Part shown: positions 9,741 through 18,326 of the stretch, piece by piece
Numbering within the stretch: the stretch's first letter is position 1
Layout of the letters: every line of letters begins with the position of its first letter
NCBI GenBank assembly: GCA_903893545.1
Contig: CAITMJ010000033.1
Span: 8,069-72,068 of the forward strand
Length of the DNA: 64,000 bases
Source: an uncultured Chlamydiae bacterium
Lineage (GTDB): Bacteria; Chlamydiota; Chlamydiia; Chlamydiales; SM23-39
Reading direction: 5' to 3'
Notes under the pieces: model-generated
Told to the model about the DNA's origin: nothing
What the model saw: the letters and a program-made list of their open reading frames with translations, nothing else
Databases searched by the model: none
Translations under genes and position numbers: made by a program

Positions 9741-10600
9741 ACATCTTTGGCAACCCATTTCTCCTAATGGCTCTTTGGGCCAGCCTCTTGGCTTCAGTCT
9801 CTTCTGGCGTCATCGGATCATATGTCGTCGTACGGCGCATTTCTTTCATTGCAGGTGGCGTCACCCACTCCGTGCTTGGCGGGATGGGTCTTTGCCTTTG
9901 GCTCCAACGAACCTGGGGCCTTAAATGGGCTCACCCAATGCTAGGAGCCATTGCGGCCGCGATCGGTTCAGCCCTACTTCTCGGATGGGTGCATCTCCGT
10001 TTTCGGCAAAGAGAAGATTCTCTCATTGCCGCGATCTGGTCGACAGGCATGGCCATGGGGGTGATTTTTATCTCCCTGACCCCTGGCTCGACAGGAGAGC
10101 TCATGAACTTCCTTTTCGGCAATATTTTATGGGTCACCCCCACCGACCTTCTCTCCCTCCTAGCCCTCGACCTTTTAGTCCTTCTCTCTGTAGGCATTTA
10201 CTATCGCCCCTTCCTCTCCCTTTGCTTCGATGAAGAGCAGGCAAGACTTCGCAAAATCCCCGTCCAGAGGCTCTATTTCCTCCTCCTTTGCCTCGTCGCG
10301 ATCTCGACTGTACTCCTCATTCAAATCATCGGAACGGTGCTCGTCTTAACCCTACTGACAATTCCCGCGACGATTGCAGCTCTTTTCACAAGCCGATTAA
10401 AAACCATGATGCTTCTTGCCACCGCTTTTAGCGCCGCTCTTAGCCTGATAGGTCTTGAAATCTCCTACACCTGCAACTGGCCGCCGGGAGCCACCATCGC
10501 TCTTGTCACCACAATTTTTTACATGGCCGCACTCCCTTTAAAAGGAAAATATTTACTTCATAAATCGGGAAATTCAGCCCCATTAAAATCGAAAGGTTGA
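9737..10600 (+). CDS. Metal ABC transporter permease (ABC-3 family)
   Basis: Polytopic membrane protein. Start set at ATG 9737 (MNIFGNPF), forming an ATGA overlap with the ATPase stop. Confidence 0.85.
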   Translation: MNIFGNPFLLMALWASLLASVSSGVIGSYVVVRRISFIAGGVTHSVLGGMGLCLWLQRTWGLKWAHPMLGAIAAAIGSALLLGWVHLRFRQREDSLIAAIWSTGMAMGVIFISLTPGSTGELMNFLFGNILWVTPTDLLSLLALDLLVLLSVGIYYRPFLSLCFDEEQARLRKIPVQRLYFLLLCLVAISTVLLIQIIGTVLVLTLLTIPATIAALFTSRLKTMMLLATAFSAALSLIGLEISYTCNWPPGATIALVTTIFYMAALPLKGKYLLHKSGNSAPLKSKG

Positions 10601-10688
10601 CATACGTCTTCAGATCGGTTAACATTTCCCGCAAAAATATAAGAGGACTTTGGGTATTTCCAATGTCCGCAAAAGTCTACGAGGAACA

Positions 10689-11003
10689 ATGTCCAAATAC
10701 GCAATTATTGAAACCGGTGGCAAACAGTATCGAGTCCAAGAGGGCGACGAACTCGATGTCGAGCTGTTAGAAGCTGCAAATACATTTACTTTTGATAAAA
10801 TCCTTCTCGTCCATGATGGAAGCGCTGCGAAAGTAGGCCTCCCTTACGTTCCGAACTGTACAGTCCACGCAGAAGTCCTCGGACAGACGAAAGGACCTAA
10901 AGTCATTGCCTTCAAATATAAGAAGTGCAAAAACTACCGCCGCCTCGTTGGCCATCGCCAAAAATACACACGCGTAAAAATCAAAGCAATTGCGGTCGCA
11001 TAA
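10689..11003 (+). CDS. rplU: 50S ribosomal protein L21
   Basis: MSKYAIIETGGKQYRVQEGD. A GAGGA Shine-Dalgarno lies 4 nt upstream of ATG 10689. Confidence 0.9.
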   Translation: MSKYAIIETGGKQYRVQEGDELDVELLEAANTFTFDKILLVHDGSAAKVGLPYVPNCTVHAEVLGQTKGPKVIAFKYKKCKNYRRLVGHRQKYTRVKIKAIAVA

Positions 11004-11015
11004 AGGAATTCAACT

Positions 11016-11267
11016 ATGGCAACAAAAAAAGGTCAGGGGTCGACACGCAATGGACGCGACTCTCGCTCACAACGCCTTGGAATCAAGGCCACAATGGGTC
11101 AATTCGTCACTACCGGCAGCATCATCGTGCGCCAGTGTGGAACGAAGTGGCACGCTGACAAAAACGTAGGCATTGGCCGAGATTTTACCTTATTTGCTTT
11201 AACAGATGGTATCGTTACCTTCCGCAAAGCCGATAAGACGTATGTCTCTGTTATGCCACAAGGATAA
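11016..11267 (+). CDS. rpmA: 50S ribosomal protein L27
   Basis: [24 protein letters not shown]. Confidence 0.93.
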   Translation: MATKKGQGSTRNGRDSRSQRLGIKATMGQFVTTGSIIVRQCGTKWHADKNVGIGRDFTLFALTDGIVTFRKADKTYVSVMPQG

Positions 11268-11275
11268 GTCTTTCG

Positions 11276-11321
11276 CCCATGTTTGAATCTCCCTCCCCAT
11301 CTATACCCCCTCAAACATGGG
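11276..11321 (+). promoter_or_regulatory. Perfect 11-bp inverted repeat with a 24-nt C-rich loop between rpmA and obg
   Basis: cccatgtttga (11276-11286) pairs with tcaaacatggg (11311-11321). No T-run follows. Confidence 0.35.
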
Positions 11322-11364
11322 CACTTTCCTCCCACTGTACTCCCTTAGATTTGGAAGGCTCTCC

Positions 11365-12378
11365 ATGTTTATAGACAAGGTTGAACTCCAATTGATCGCA
11401 GGTAAAGGTGGTAACGGCGTTATTGCCTGGCGCCGAGAAAAATACATCCCCAAAGGCGGTCCTGCTGGCGGCGATGGCGGCAATGCTGGATCTGTTATTT
11501 TCCAAGCAGACGAACAAGTCCATTCCCTAGAAGATTATCGCAACAGACGCATCCTCAAAGCCCAAAACGGGCAGCCTGGGGGCAGCAATAACTGCAAAGG
11601 GAAAAACGGGCAAGACCTCATCTTGAAAATCCCTTGCGGGACCCTCATCAAAGACATAAAGACCAAAGAAATCCTCTACGATTTTACGACCTCAGGACAA
11701 GAGTGGAAGATCTGTCAAGGCGGCAAAGGCGGCAAAGGCAACTCTCGCTTTAAAACACCGACGCACCAAGCCCCTTTCGTGTGTACAGAAGGAACCGAGG
11801 GAGAATCCTGCGAAGTAGAACTCGAACTAAAGCTCATTGCTGACGTTGGCTTTGTAGGGATGCCAAACGCTGGCAAATCGACCCTCATCTCCGAGCTTGC
11901 CCACATCGAAGTGAAAATCGCTCCCTATCCATTTACGACGCTAAGACCGAACCTCGGCATTGTCCAATTCGATGATTTTTCAAGGATTTTGATCGCAGAC
12001 ATCCCCGGCATCATTGAAGACGCTCATGCAGATCGAGGCCTTGGCCTTTCTTTCTTGCGCCACATCGAAAGAACATCGACTCTCGTCTATCTCATCGAAC
12101 TTGCTCCTCACCAAGACAGAGACCCCTTTGAAGAGTTTATCATGCTGCGCCAAGAACTCGAAGCCTACAACCCTGAAATGCTCGAGAAGCCGTTCCTCGT
12201 AGCCCTCAATAAAATCGACCAAGAAGGAACTGAAGAACTCGCTGCAGATTTTAGAGCGAAATATCCCTTCGATCCGGCGACTCTTTTTACAATTTCTGCC
12301 CTTGAAAACACCAATATCGATCCCTTTTTAGAAGCGCTTCGCGTCCTCGCGCAACGCGACTCCGTCCGCTTCGTGTAA
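11365..12378 (+). CDS. obg: GTPase Obg/CgtA
   Basis: MFIDKVELQLIAGKGGNGVIAWRREKY, glycine-rich Obg fold, and G1 motif GMPNAGKST. Start set at ATG 11365. Confidence 0.92.
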   Translation: MFIDKVELQLIAGKGGNGVIAWRREKYIPKGGPAGGDGGNAGSVIFQADEQVHSLEDYRNRRILKAQNGQPGGSNNCKGKNGQDLILKIPCGTLIKDIKTKEILYDFTTSGQEWKICQGGKGGKGNSRFKTPTHQAPFVCTEGTEGESCEVELELKLIADVGFVGMPNAGKSTLISELAHIEVKIAPYPFTTLRPNLGIVQFDDFSRILIADIPGIIEDAHADRGLGLSFLRHIERTSTLVYLIELAPHQDRDPFEEFIMLRQELEAYNPEMLEKPFLVALNKIDQEGTEELAADFRAKYPFDPATLFTISALENTNIDPFLEALRVLAQRDSVRFV

Positions 12379-12428
12379 TCTCGACTTTGCAATTTTTTAG
12401 GGCTGCCAGCCTCGTCTAATCGAGATAA

Positions 12429-13295
12429 TCACTCATAGCCTTCTCTTTTGCGAGGAGGCTCGTTGCTAAAAAGCGCGAGCAGCCCTCCAGCCACAATCAA
12501 ACCGATTCCGACCAGTTCCCAGACTTTTGGAATCTCATGAAAAAACCACCATCCTAGAAAACCGCTAAACACAACGCCGAGATACGTCATCGTGCTGACC
12601 TTGGTTGCAGGAGCGTGAGTGAGCGATTTGACGAGAAAATACTGAAAAGCCAACGAAGTAATAGCAATGCAAAATAAATAGACCCAAAGGATTGGCTGAT
12701 CAATCGGCTTCCAAGCAAAAATCATAGGTGGGAAAGCGACAATCGTAGAAATGATGAAATAGTAAGTCATGATTGTTTCGGTCGATTCAGTCTTTGAGAG
12801 CTGGCGTATGCCTACCTGCGCAATCGCAGAAAACAGACCGCCGAGTAGCCCAATCAGCATCACCCATTCTACAGTCTGTGCGGTGGGATGCAAAACGGCT
12901 AAAATCCCAATAAATCCAATGCAAAGAGCCCCTATTCGGGACTTAGGAATGACAAGTTTCAGCCATAGAAAAACAACCAGCGGCATAAACAGCGGAGAAG
13001 TATTGGAAATTGTAACAGCATCCACAAGCGGCAAATATTTTACCGAGTAAAAATAGCAATAGATCCCTGCTATTCCTGTGAGTCCTCTTGCGATATGTTT
13101 TGCAAAAAGCTTTGGATGAACAACAACTCTTCCTAAGAACGTTGCCGGCAATACAAAAAGAAGTGAGATGAAAAACCGGACAAAGACCATCGTTTCATTG
13201 GGAACTGAAGCGGCCAGCTTGATAAATAGCGCACAGATTGCGCTCGAAAAAGCCGCCAAAAGGCCATACAAAAAACCGTGGTGTTCTTTTTCCAT
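12429..13295 (-). CDS. EamA/DMT-family transporter
   Basis: 10-TM-like hydrophobic profile with two EamA-like halves. ATG 13295 overlaps the tpsB stop by 1 nt (TGATG). The track's TTG start at 13298 is also possible. Confidence 0.8.
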   Translation of the reverse strand: MEKEHHGFLYGLLAAFSSAICALFIKLAASVPNETMVFVRFFISLLFVLPATFLGRVVVHPKLFAKHIARGLTGIAGIYCYFYSVKYLPLVDAVTISNTSPLFMPLVVFLWLKLVIPKSRIGALCIGFIGILAVLHPTAQTVEWVMLIGLLGGLFSAIAQVGIRQLSKTESTETIMTYYFIISTIVAFPPMIFAWKPIDQPILWVYLFCIAITSLAFQYFLVKSLTHAPATKVSTMTYLGVVFSGFLGWWFFHEIPKVWELVGIGLIVAGGLLALFSNEPPRKREGYE

Positions 13296-14932
13296 CAATA
13301 ACTGAGAATAACTCCGAAGTTGTATCTCGAATCCGTGATCGGATCAAATCCCGAGTGCCACAACTGAAAACCGTAGTCCAAATGGGCAGAAAAATAACGG
13401 CTCATCTGGTAGCGGATACTCGGCCCAATCGATCCTAGCGAAGCAAAAGAGGCTTCCCCTTGTGCAGGCTTATGATTCGCTCCACAGCCAGCATCGAAAA
13501 ACCCGAGCAAATAGAGCTCATCGTAATGCTTACACCAACCCAATCGATAGGCGGGGCTTGCATGGGGAGTCTCTATCGTCAAATGGATAATCCCCGCATT
13601 GTCCAAATTCAAAATTCTCTCTTCGAATCCACGCACAGAGTTATAGCCAGTCATCGTAAACTGCTCGCTCGGCAGCAAATTCGTCGTTGCATATTGACCG
13701 GAAAGATCGTACGAAAGCCACCAGCCTTTAAACTCTTGGCTTAAAGAATGCGCCGCTCTTACATAGACATAGATCGCTTCAGCCGCGTACCTGAGCGTAT
13801 GATACGAGCTATTGTTGTTGTGATTTGTAATTCCGCCGGGATTGCCAAACAGCTCTACGTTAAATGCAATTTTGCGGTTCCGACTTCTAGCGCCGACATC
13901 ATAGCCGAGCATGATTTGATTGATCGCCGCCATCCCATAGTAGCTAGAGCCTCCCCCGAAGAGTAAATTGGTATTGCTCTCCTTGTAGTCGTAGCCGACG
14001 ACAATTTCCTGCAAAAGATCGATATTCTCATAGAGAGGAAAACGGTAGCGAAGATCCACCTGCCAGCTCACCCCTCGCGGCCGAAGGCCAGAATTTCCCG
14101 CGTCAGGTCTTGCGCTCGCATAACCGCCGTACCCTTGCGCAACGTGTCGAAACCAAGGCAGCGGCACCCGGACATAGCCCGTATGAGAGAAAAAGCGATT
14201 TCCATTGGGCGCCTGCGTATATTGATAAGAGATCTCGCTATCTTGCACGATTGTTTTGCCCAAGTTAACACCGAAAAAAATCCGATTCCGCTCTGTTGAA
14301 ATCGTCCCCGTGTTATCCGCACCTGCATAGACCCGATACGGCCAGCGGTCGACGGTCAGAAGCTCCAAGTCGGCAACTCCTGGGCTCGCTCCAGGCGTAA
14401 ACACCGCATCCGTTCTACGGAACGGATTGTGATTCATAAACGCAAGGTCCTCGTAAAGCTCTTTAGAAACGATCGGATCACCCTCTCTTGCGCGGATGTA
14501 ACCTTCCAATTGCTTGCTCGTAAAATACTTATTTCCCTTAAAGCGAATTTCACCGAGCTTTGCCTCATTGACAACCAACTGCAAGATCCCCTTCGTCACC
14601 TCTTGGCGCGGCGTACTCACTACGACAAGAGGCTGATTGAGCGATTCATAATAGCTAGCAATTGCCTGCTTGATCTCTTGCATCGAAGCTTGCGTCAGAG
14701 GTTTTCCGACAAATTGGAACTCCAAATCGGCCAGAAACTCCTTATTTTTACTCAGCAAACCAACGTCCACAGCTTTTACACCGCGAAACTCATCGACCGG
14801 TTCTGCGCGCACCAAATTCCAGTCCCCCAAGAGTAAAATCCCCTCGAGCTCCGGAATAATGACAGGCTGATCTAACATCTGCGCTCGAAGCGCACTCGCA
14901 AAAAACATCAATACAAAAAATCGGTATCTCAT
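13295..14932 (-). CDS. Two-partner secretion outer-membrane transporter (ShlB/FhaC/HecB family, TpsB)
   Basis: 545 aa. Signal peptide, a POTRA region (LQLVVNEAKLGEIRFKGNKYFTSKQLEGYI...MNHNPF), and a beta-barrel with alternating aromatic pattern. Its ATG overlaps the tpsA stop (ATGA). Confidence 0.85.
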   Translation of the reverse strand: MRYRFFVLMFFASALRAQMLDQPVIIPELEGILLLGDWNLVRAEPVDEFRGVKAVDVGLLSKNKEFLADLEFQFVGKPLTQASMQEIKQAIASYYESLNQPLVVVSTPRQEVTKGILQLVVNEAKLGEIRFKGNKYFTSKQLEGYIRAREGDPIVSKELYEDLAFMNHNPFRRTDAVFTPGASPGVADLELLTVDRWPYRVYAGADNTGTISTERNRIFFGVNLGKTIVQDSEISYQYTQAPNGNRFFSHTGYVRVPLPWFRHVAQGYGGYASARPDAGNSGLRPRGVSWQVDLRYRFPLYENIDLLQEIVVGYDYKESNTNLLFGGGSSYYGMAAINQIMLGYDVGARSRNRKIAFNVELFGNPGGITNHNNNSSYHTLRYAAEAIYVYVRAAHSLSQEFKGWWLSYDLSGQYATTNLLPSEQFTMTGYNSVRGFEERILNLDNAGIIHLTIETPHASPAYRLGWCKHYDELYLLGFFDAGCGANHKPAQGEASFASLGSIGPSIRYQMSRYFSAHLDYGFQLWHSGFDPITDSRYNFGVILSY

Positions 14933-16062
14933 CGTGGTACTTTAAGGTAGTTGTGCTGTAAGTAATAAAGGTGTCGCAAAGTATCTGGATTTTTCCAGTA
15001 AGGGCTGTCTAAGAATTCGAGGTAGCGATCCATGATTCGAAGCGGTTCGCCTGAAATCGTCTGATGCAAGAAATAGTATTCAGGCAATCCGACAGAAATT
15101 GCCGGTTTACTCCCCGCAAAAGAGCGCCGGTGCTGCGCTAAATCAGAAGCGACCATCTCGAAGCCTGCCGTATCGATAAGCCAAGCAAATTCTTGATACC
15201 ATAATCGTTCTGGGATTAAAGAGCGCATTTCCTGCAGAGAGTCGAGCGTCTCTTCCACATAAGCGCCGCCATTTGAAAAAGGAGTGTCCTTCACATTGAC
15301 AAACTGATACGACGAAGCGACCCGTTCTTCTAAAAAGACCCGTCCCGCCTCTTTTCGCACAATCACCGCATCTTCCATCCCCTCTTGGTTCACCGCCAAA
15401 GCATACGGCGCAGCAAGAGCCTCTTTTTGGAACTTTACCTTGGGCCGGATCATCATCCTTGGGCGATCGAGGGAAGGAAGCGAGACCTCATCTCCCTGAA
15501 TCATAAAAACGCGATCTTCAGAAGCTTGCAGGCCACCGCTATTTTCGACAGAAGCGCCGATCAAATAAAGAGGTCCACCAAATGCGCGAATCGCTCCCCG
15601 ATTGATCACCTTTGCATCCTCAGCGCCGGGCCGGAATACAAAATCGCGCCCCTCTAAAAACGCCTGATTATCTAACTCCAAAGACGCCGCTAAAAAGTGG
15701 GCGCAATCGATCTTCCCCGTCTCTCCCACCACAACGCCATACGGATTTACGAGAAAAATCTGGCCATTGCCCTCCATTTTCCCATAGATTTCCGTCAGAT
15801 TCGACCCCGTCACACGGTTTAGCACCGCAGATTTTTCATCGGGCTGGATAAAACGGGCAACTTCATCGCCTGCGATAGAAAAACTATCCCATTCGATGAT
15901 TGCCTGCGGACTTGTCTGAACAACATTTAGCACTTCAGAAGAGGGGCGTTCAACGGCCGCCTCCCCGAAGACGATTTTCTCGCCGGCGGGGTTTGCAAAA
16001 AGGACCATCGGGAGAAGAAGTAACACCAGTGTATACACGTTAGATGCTCCTGTAAGGAACAT
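14929..16062 (-). CDS. Short TpsA exoprotein: N-terminal TPS secretion domain plus an unrecognised C-terminal domain
   Basis: 377 aa. Signal peptide, then EWDSFSIAGDEVARFIQPDEKSAVLNRVTGSNLTEIYGKMEGNGQIFLVNPYGVVVGETG, the haemagglutination-activity/TPS motif (NPNGI-like NPYGV). Confidence 0.8.
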   Translation of the reverse strand: MFLTGASNVYTLVLLLLPMVLFANPAGEKIVFGEAAVERPSSEVLNVVQTSPQAIIEWDSFSIAGDEVARFIQPDEKSAVLNRVTGSNLTEIYGKMEGNGQIFLVNPYGVVVGETGKIDCAHFLAASLELDNQAFLEGRDFVFRPGAEDAKVINRGAIRAFGGPLYLIGASVENSGGLQASEDRVFMIQGDEVSLPSLDRPRMMIRPKVKFQKEALAAPYALAVNQEGMEDAVIVRKEAGRVFLEERVASSYQFVNVKDTPFSNGGAYVEETLDSLQEMRSLIPERLWYQEFAWLIDTAGFEMVASDLAQHRRSFAGSKPAISVGLPEYYFLHQTISGEPLRIMDRYLEFLDSPYWKNPDTLRHLYYLQHNYLKVPR

Positions 16063-16187
16063 CCTTCATATACTAAAAAATTTATGCGCACAAGCCGTTT
16101 TTTCACCAGGCGCACCTTCTTAAAGAACTACTTGCCAGAAAAACCCAATAGCATTTAGACTCAGACCCTTTCAGCCATTTACTTTAT

Positions 16188-16260
<73 letters not shown>

Positions 16261-16268
16261 CAAAACGA

Positions 16269-16298
16269 ACCCAAAACGAAAGTTTTGGGTTTTTTTTT
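16269..16298 (+). terminator. Rho-independent terminator after tRNA-Phe
   Basis: acccaaaac-gaaa-gttttgggt stem-loop followed by T8. Confidence 0.7.
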
Positions 16299-16316
16299 GG
16301 CCAGAACTGGAATCGA
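16298..16316. repeat. Inverted 19-nt copy of the tRNA-Phe 3' end (T-loop to discriminator)
   Basis: tggccagaactggaatcga is the exact reverse complement of tcgattccagttctggcca (16242-16260). Confidence 0.85.
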
Positions 16317-16733
16317 GGTGAGCGTCTTAATACGGGATTCCCCTATGAAATCCCTGTCGGCGATTCCTAATACATCACGCTAGAAGCAGGCGCCGTGTGC
16401 ATGGATGACACCAAATATATTAGGTCGATCAAGTGTTACTTTCCACACAGCCTTTAAAGTGCGCTGACCCCATCCAGACGGCCTAAGCTTGACTTTTGTC
16501 CGGATGTTTTACATTCGATGTGGAAAGATGCGTCGTCTTAGCCTCGTAGACTTGTGAATCTGTTTGTGACGCGTTTTCTTTAACGCCTAACCAAACATGC
16601 GCATGATGAGCAAAAAAATGATGAACTCGATTTACAAGATACTCTGAATGTTTTGAGAACAGGTAGTCATGAAAGGGAAAAAACCATTTACGATAACAAA
16701 TTCCAGTCTTGGAAATATGCGATTAGAGGAAAT

Positions 16734-17189
16734 ATGGAAAGAAAAAAAGAAACATTTATTTTCGAAGGACTTGGATTCCCTATTGAGCTGATCGATGCTC
16801 CAATGAAAAAGGTGCTCGGTGAATGGGTCATTGACATCAACATGGGCGCTCTTCAACGCTTCGTGTTTAGAGGCTTGATTCACAAGCCTTATCCATTGAC
16901 TGGGAAAGAAATAAAATTCATGAGAAAGTTCTTGAGTCTGTCGACAAAGGAACTCGGCAAAAAACTGGGAGTCACTCACGCTGCTATCGTGAAATGGGAA
17001 AAAGAACAGTCTAGAATTAGCCCGGCTCAAGAGCCCTATCTTCGCATGGTTTTTTTAGAGTGTTTAATGGACAGTGAACTGATTAAGCTGTATCAAGAAA
17101 TACGACCTGAAAAATTAGCAGAAGCAAAAAACGAGAAACATCCTCCATTCCAAGTAAATTCAAAAGAACTTCAAGCTGCAAATTTCTAA
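16734..17189 (+). CDS. XRE-family HTH protein with MqsA-like architecture (zinc-finger cysteines absent)
   Basis: LTGKEIKFMRKFLSLSTKELGKKLGVTHAAIVKWEKEQSRISPAQEPYLR. GAGGA Shine-Dalgarno before ATG 16734. No toxin partner seen. Confidence 0.55.
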   Translation: MERKKETFIFEGLGFPIELIDAPMKKVLGEWVIDINMGALQRFVFRGLIHKPYPLTGKEIKFMRKFLSLSTKELGKKLGVTHAAIVKWEKEQSRISPAQEPYLRMVFLECLMDSELIKLYQEIRPEKLAEAKNEKHPPFQVNSKELQAANF

Positions 17190-17250
17190 ATTTCTTCTCA
17201 AAACAAAATTAGTGTGATGATTTTATAAGAATTTAAAACCTTACAACCAC

Positions 17251-18054
17251 TTAGAAATTGCCCCTACCAGTCGGCAGATCGGGATATCCTTTGCGCTGTT
17301 TGTCGAGCTCGTCAGAGCCATTGAGGATTCTACGTATTCCATCCCCGATCAGGCCAAGACCAAACCCTCCGGCTAAAGGGAAAACTGAAGCTAAAATACA
17401 GGCGAGGCAACCAGCAAAGATCTCAACACCTCCAGCATAAATGCTTCCAGGTATCTCCTCATTCGGTCCATAGGGATTTTCCTTTGCTACCTTCCCAATA
17501 CTTGAGATATCTGTTTGCTTCTTTTTCTTATTGAGGCCCCACCAGTTCCATTCCCATGGCCAACTAAGGCCATTTTTCCTTATTTCGGTCCCTTTTTTAA
17601 TGACATTCTCTTCCCGAACATTTAGCGCTATCGCATCGGATTCGAATAGATCAATTGTTGCCAAGAGAAGGCTTTGCGCTTCTGCCGGGATCTGGAACAT
17701 GTGCATGTTCTGTTTTACTAGGACGCATGCATCTTTAATCGTTAAGTTCGTCCCATATTGAGCATTCACCTGCTGAATGAATGAGATTAAAAATCTTCGC
17801 CCTTCCTCTAGACGATCGGAAGCAACTTCGATATTGCGCTCCAACTCGTCGAAACGCTCCACCAGTTGAACCTCATTCCCAGTCGTAATTAAATGCACAA
17901 CTTCGGCGCTAAGGGTACTTGATTTTTCTGCATTCAGGGCGAGGGCAATCCCCTCTTGAGGAAGAGTGCACAAGATACAGACAATCGTTATGCCGGTAGT
18001 AGCCAGCCGCCTAAACACGCCAGCATGAAGAAAAGGGAAGTCACCATTAGCCAT
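17251..18054 (-). CDS. Hypothetical membrane protein (267 aa)
   Basis: AGGAG Shine-Dalgarno 7 nt upstream. N-terminal TM segment, a W-rich patch (WPWEWNWWG), and a C-terminal Gly-rich hydrophobic hairpin (VEIFAGCLACILASVFPLAGGFGLGLIG). Confidence 0.5.
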   Translation of the reverse strand: MANGDFPFLHAGVFRRLATTGITIVCILCTLPQEGIALALNAEKSSTLSAEVVHLITTGNEVQLVERFDELERNIEVASDRLEEGRRFLISFIQQVNAQYGTNLTIKDACVLVKQNMHMFQIPAEAQSLLLATIDLFESDAIALNVREENVIKKGTEIRKNGLSWPWEWNWWGLNKKKKQTDISSIGKVAKENPYGPNEEIPGSIYAGGVEIFAGCLACILASVFPLAGGFGLGLIGDGIRRILNGSDELDKQRKGYPDLPTGRGNF

Positions 18055-18188
18055 TTTTTTCTCCTATTACCTGTTTTCCATGTCTTCTCAAAAGACTCAA
18101 AGAAGCGAAGAAGGAAAAAGCCGAATATCGGACTTACGACGATCAGTACTCCCAACCGAATGAAGAAGAATTTAAGATCATGATCCAT
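17988..18188 (-). CDS. Possible small membrane protein (66 aa)
   Basis: GAGGTG Shine-Dalgarno before the ATG and two hydrophobic segments. It overlaps the next gene by 67 nt, so it is uncertain. Confidence 0.3.
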   Translation of the reverse strand: MDHDLKFFFIRLGVLIVVSPIFGFFLLRFFESFEKTWKTGNRRKKWLMVTSLFFMLACLGGWLLPA

Positions 18189-18283
18189 TTTTTCACCTCA
18201 TAGGAGAGTAAGTTATAAAGTTTTAGAATTTTTAAGAGAAGAGAAACAATATAGATATCTTATATTCAACACGATAACTCATA

Positions 18284-18320
18284 TTTTGCACGATAACCTA
18301 GCCAAGGTTATCGTGCAAAA
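18284..18320 (-). terminator. Perfect 15-bp stem-loop downstream of the aminotransferase gene
   Basis: ttttgcacgataacc-tagccaa-ggttatcgtgcaaaa. A/T runs on both sides make it potentially bidirectional. Confidence 0.6.
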
Positions 18321-18326
18321 ATGAAG

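Noticed and set aside
16380-16733. Minus-strand frames containing FFAHHAHVWLGV (an HUH-like H-x-H plus hydrophobics), considered as an IS200/RayT-type transposase or integrase remnant next to tRNA-Phe.
   Set aside because: There is no start codon. The frames are broken by stops. The spacing to other expected motifs does not fit, and I could not recognise any further transposase or integrase signature. It is treated as unclassified non-coding DNA.
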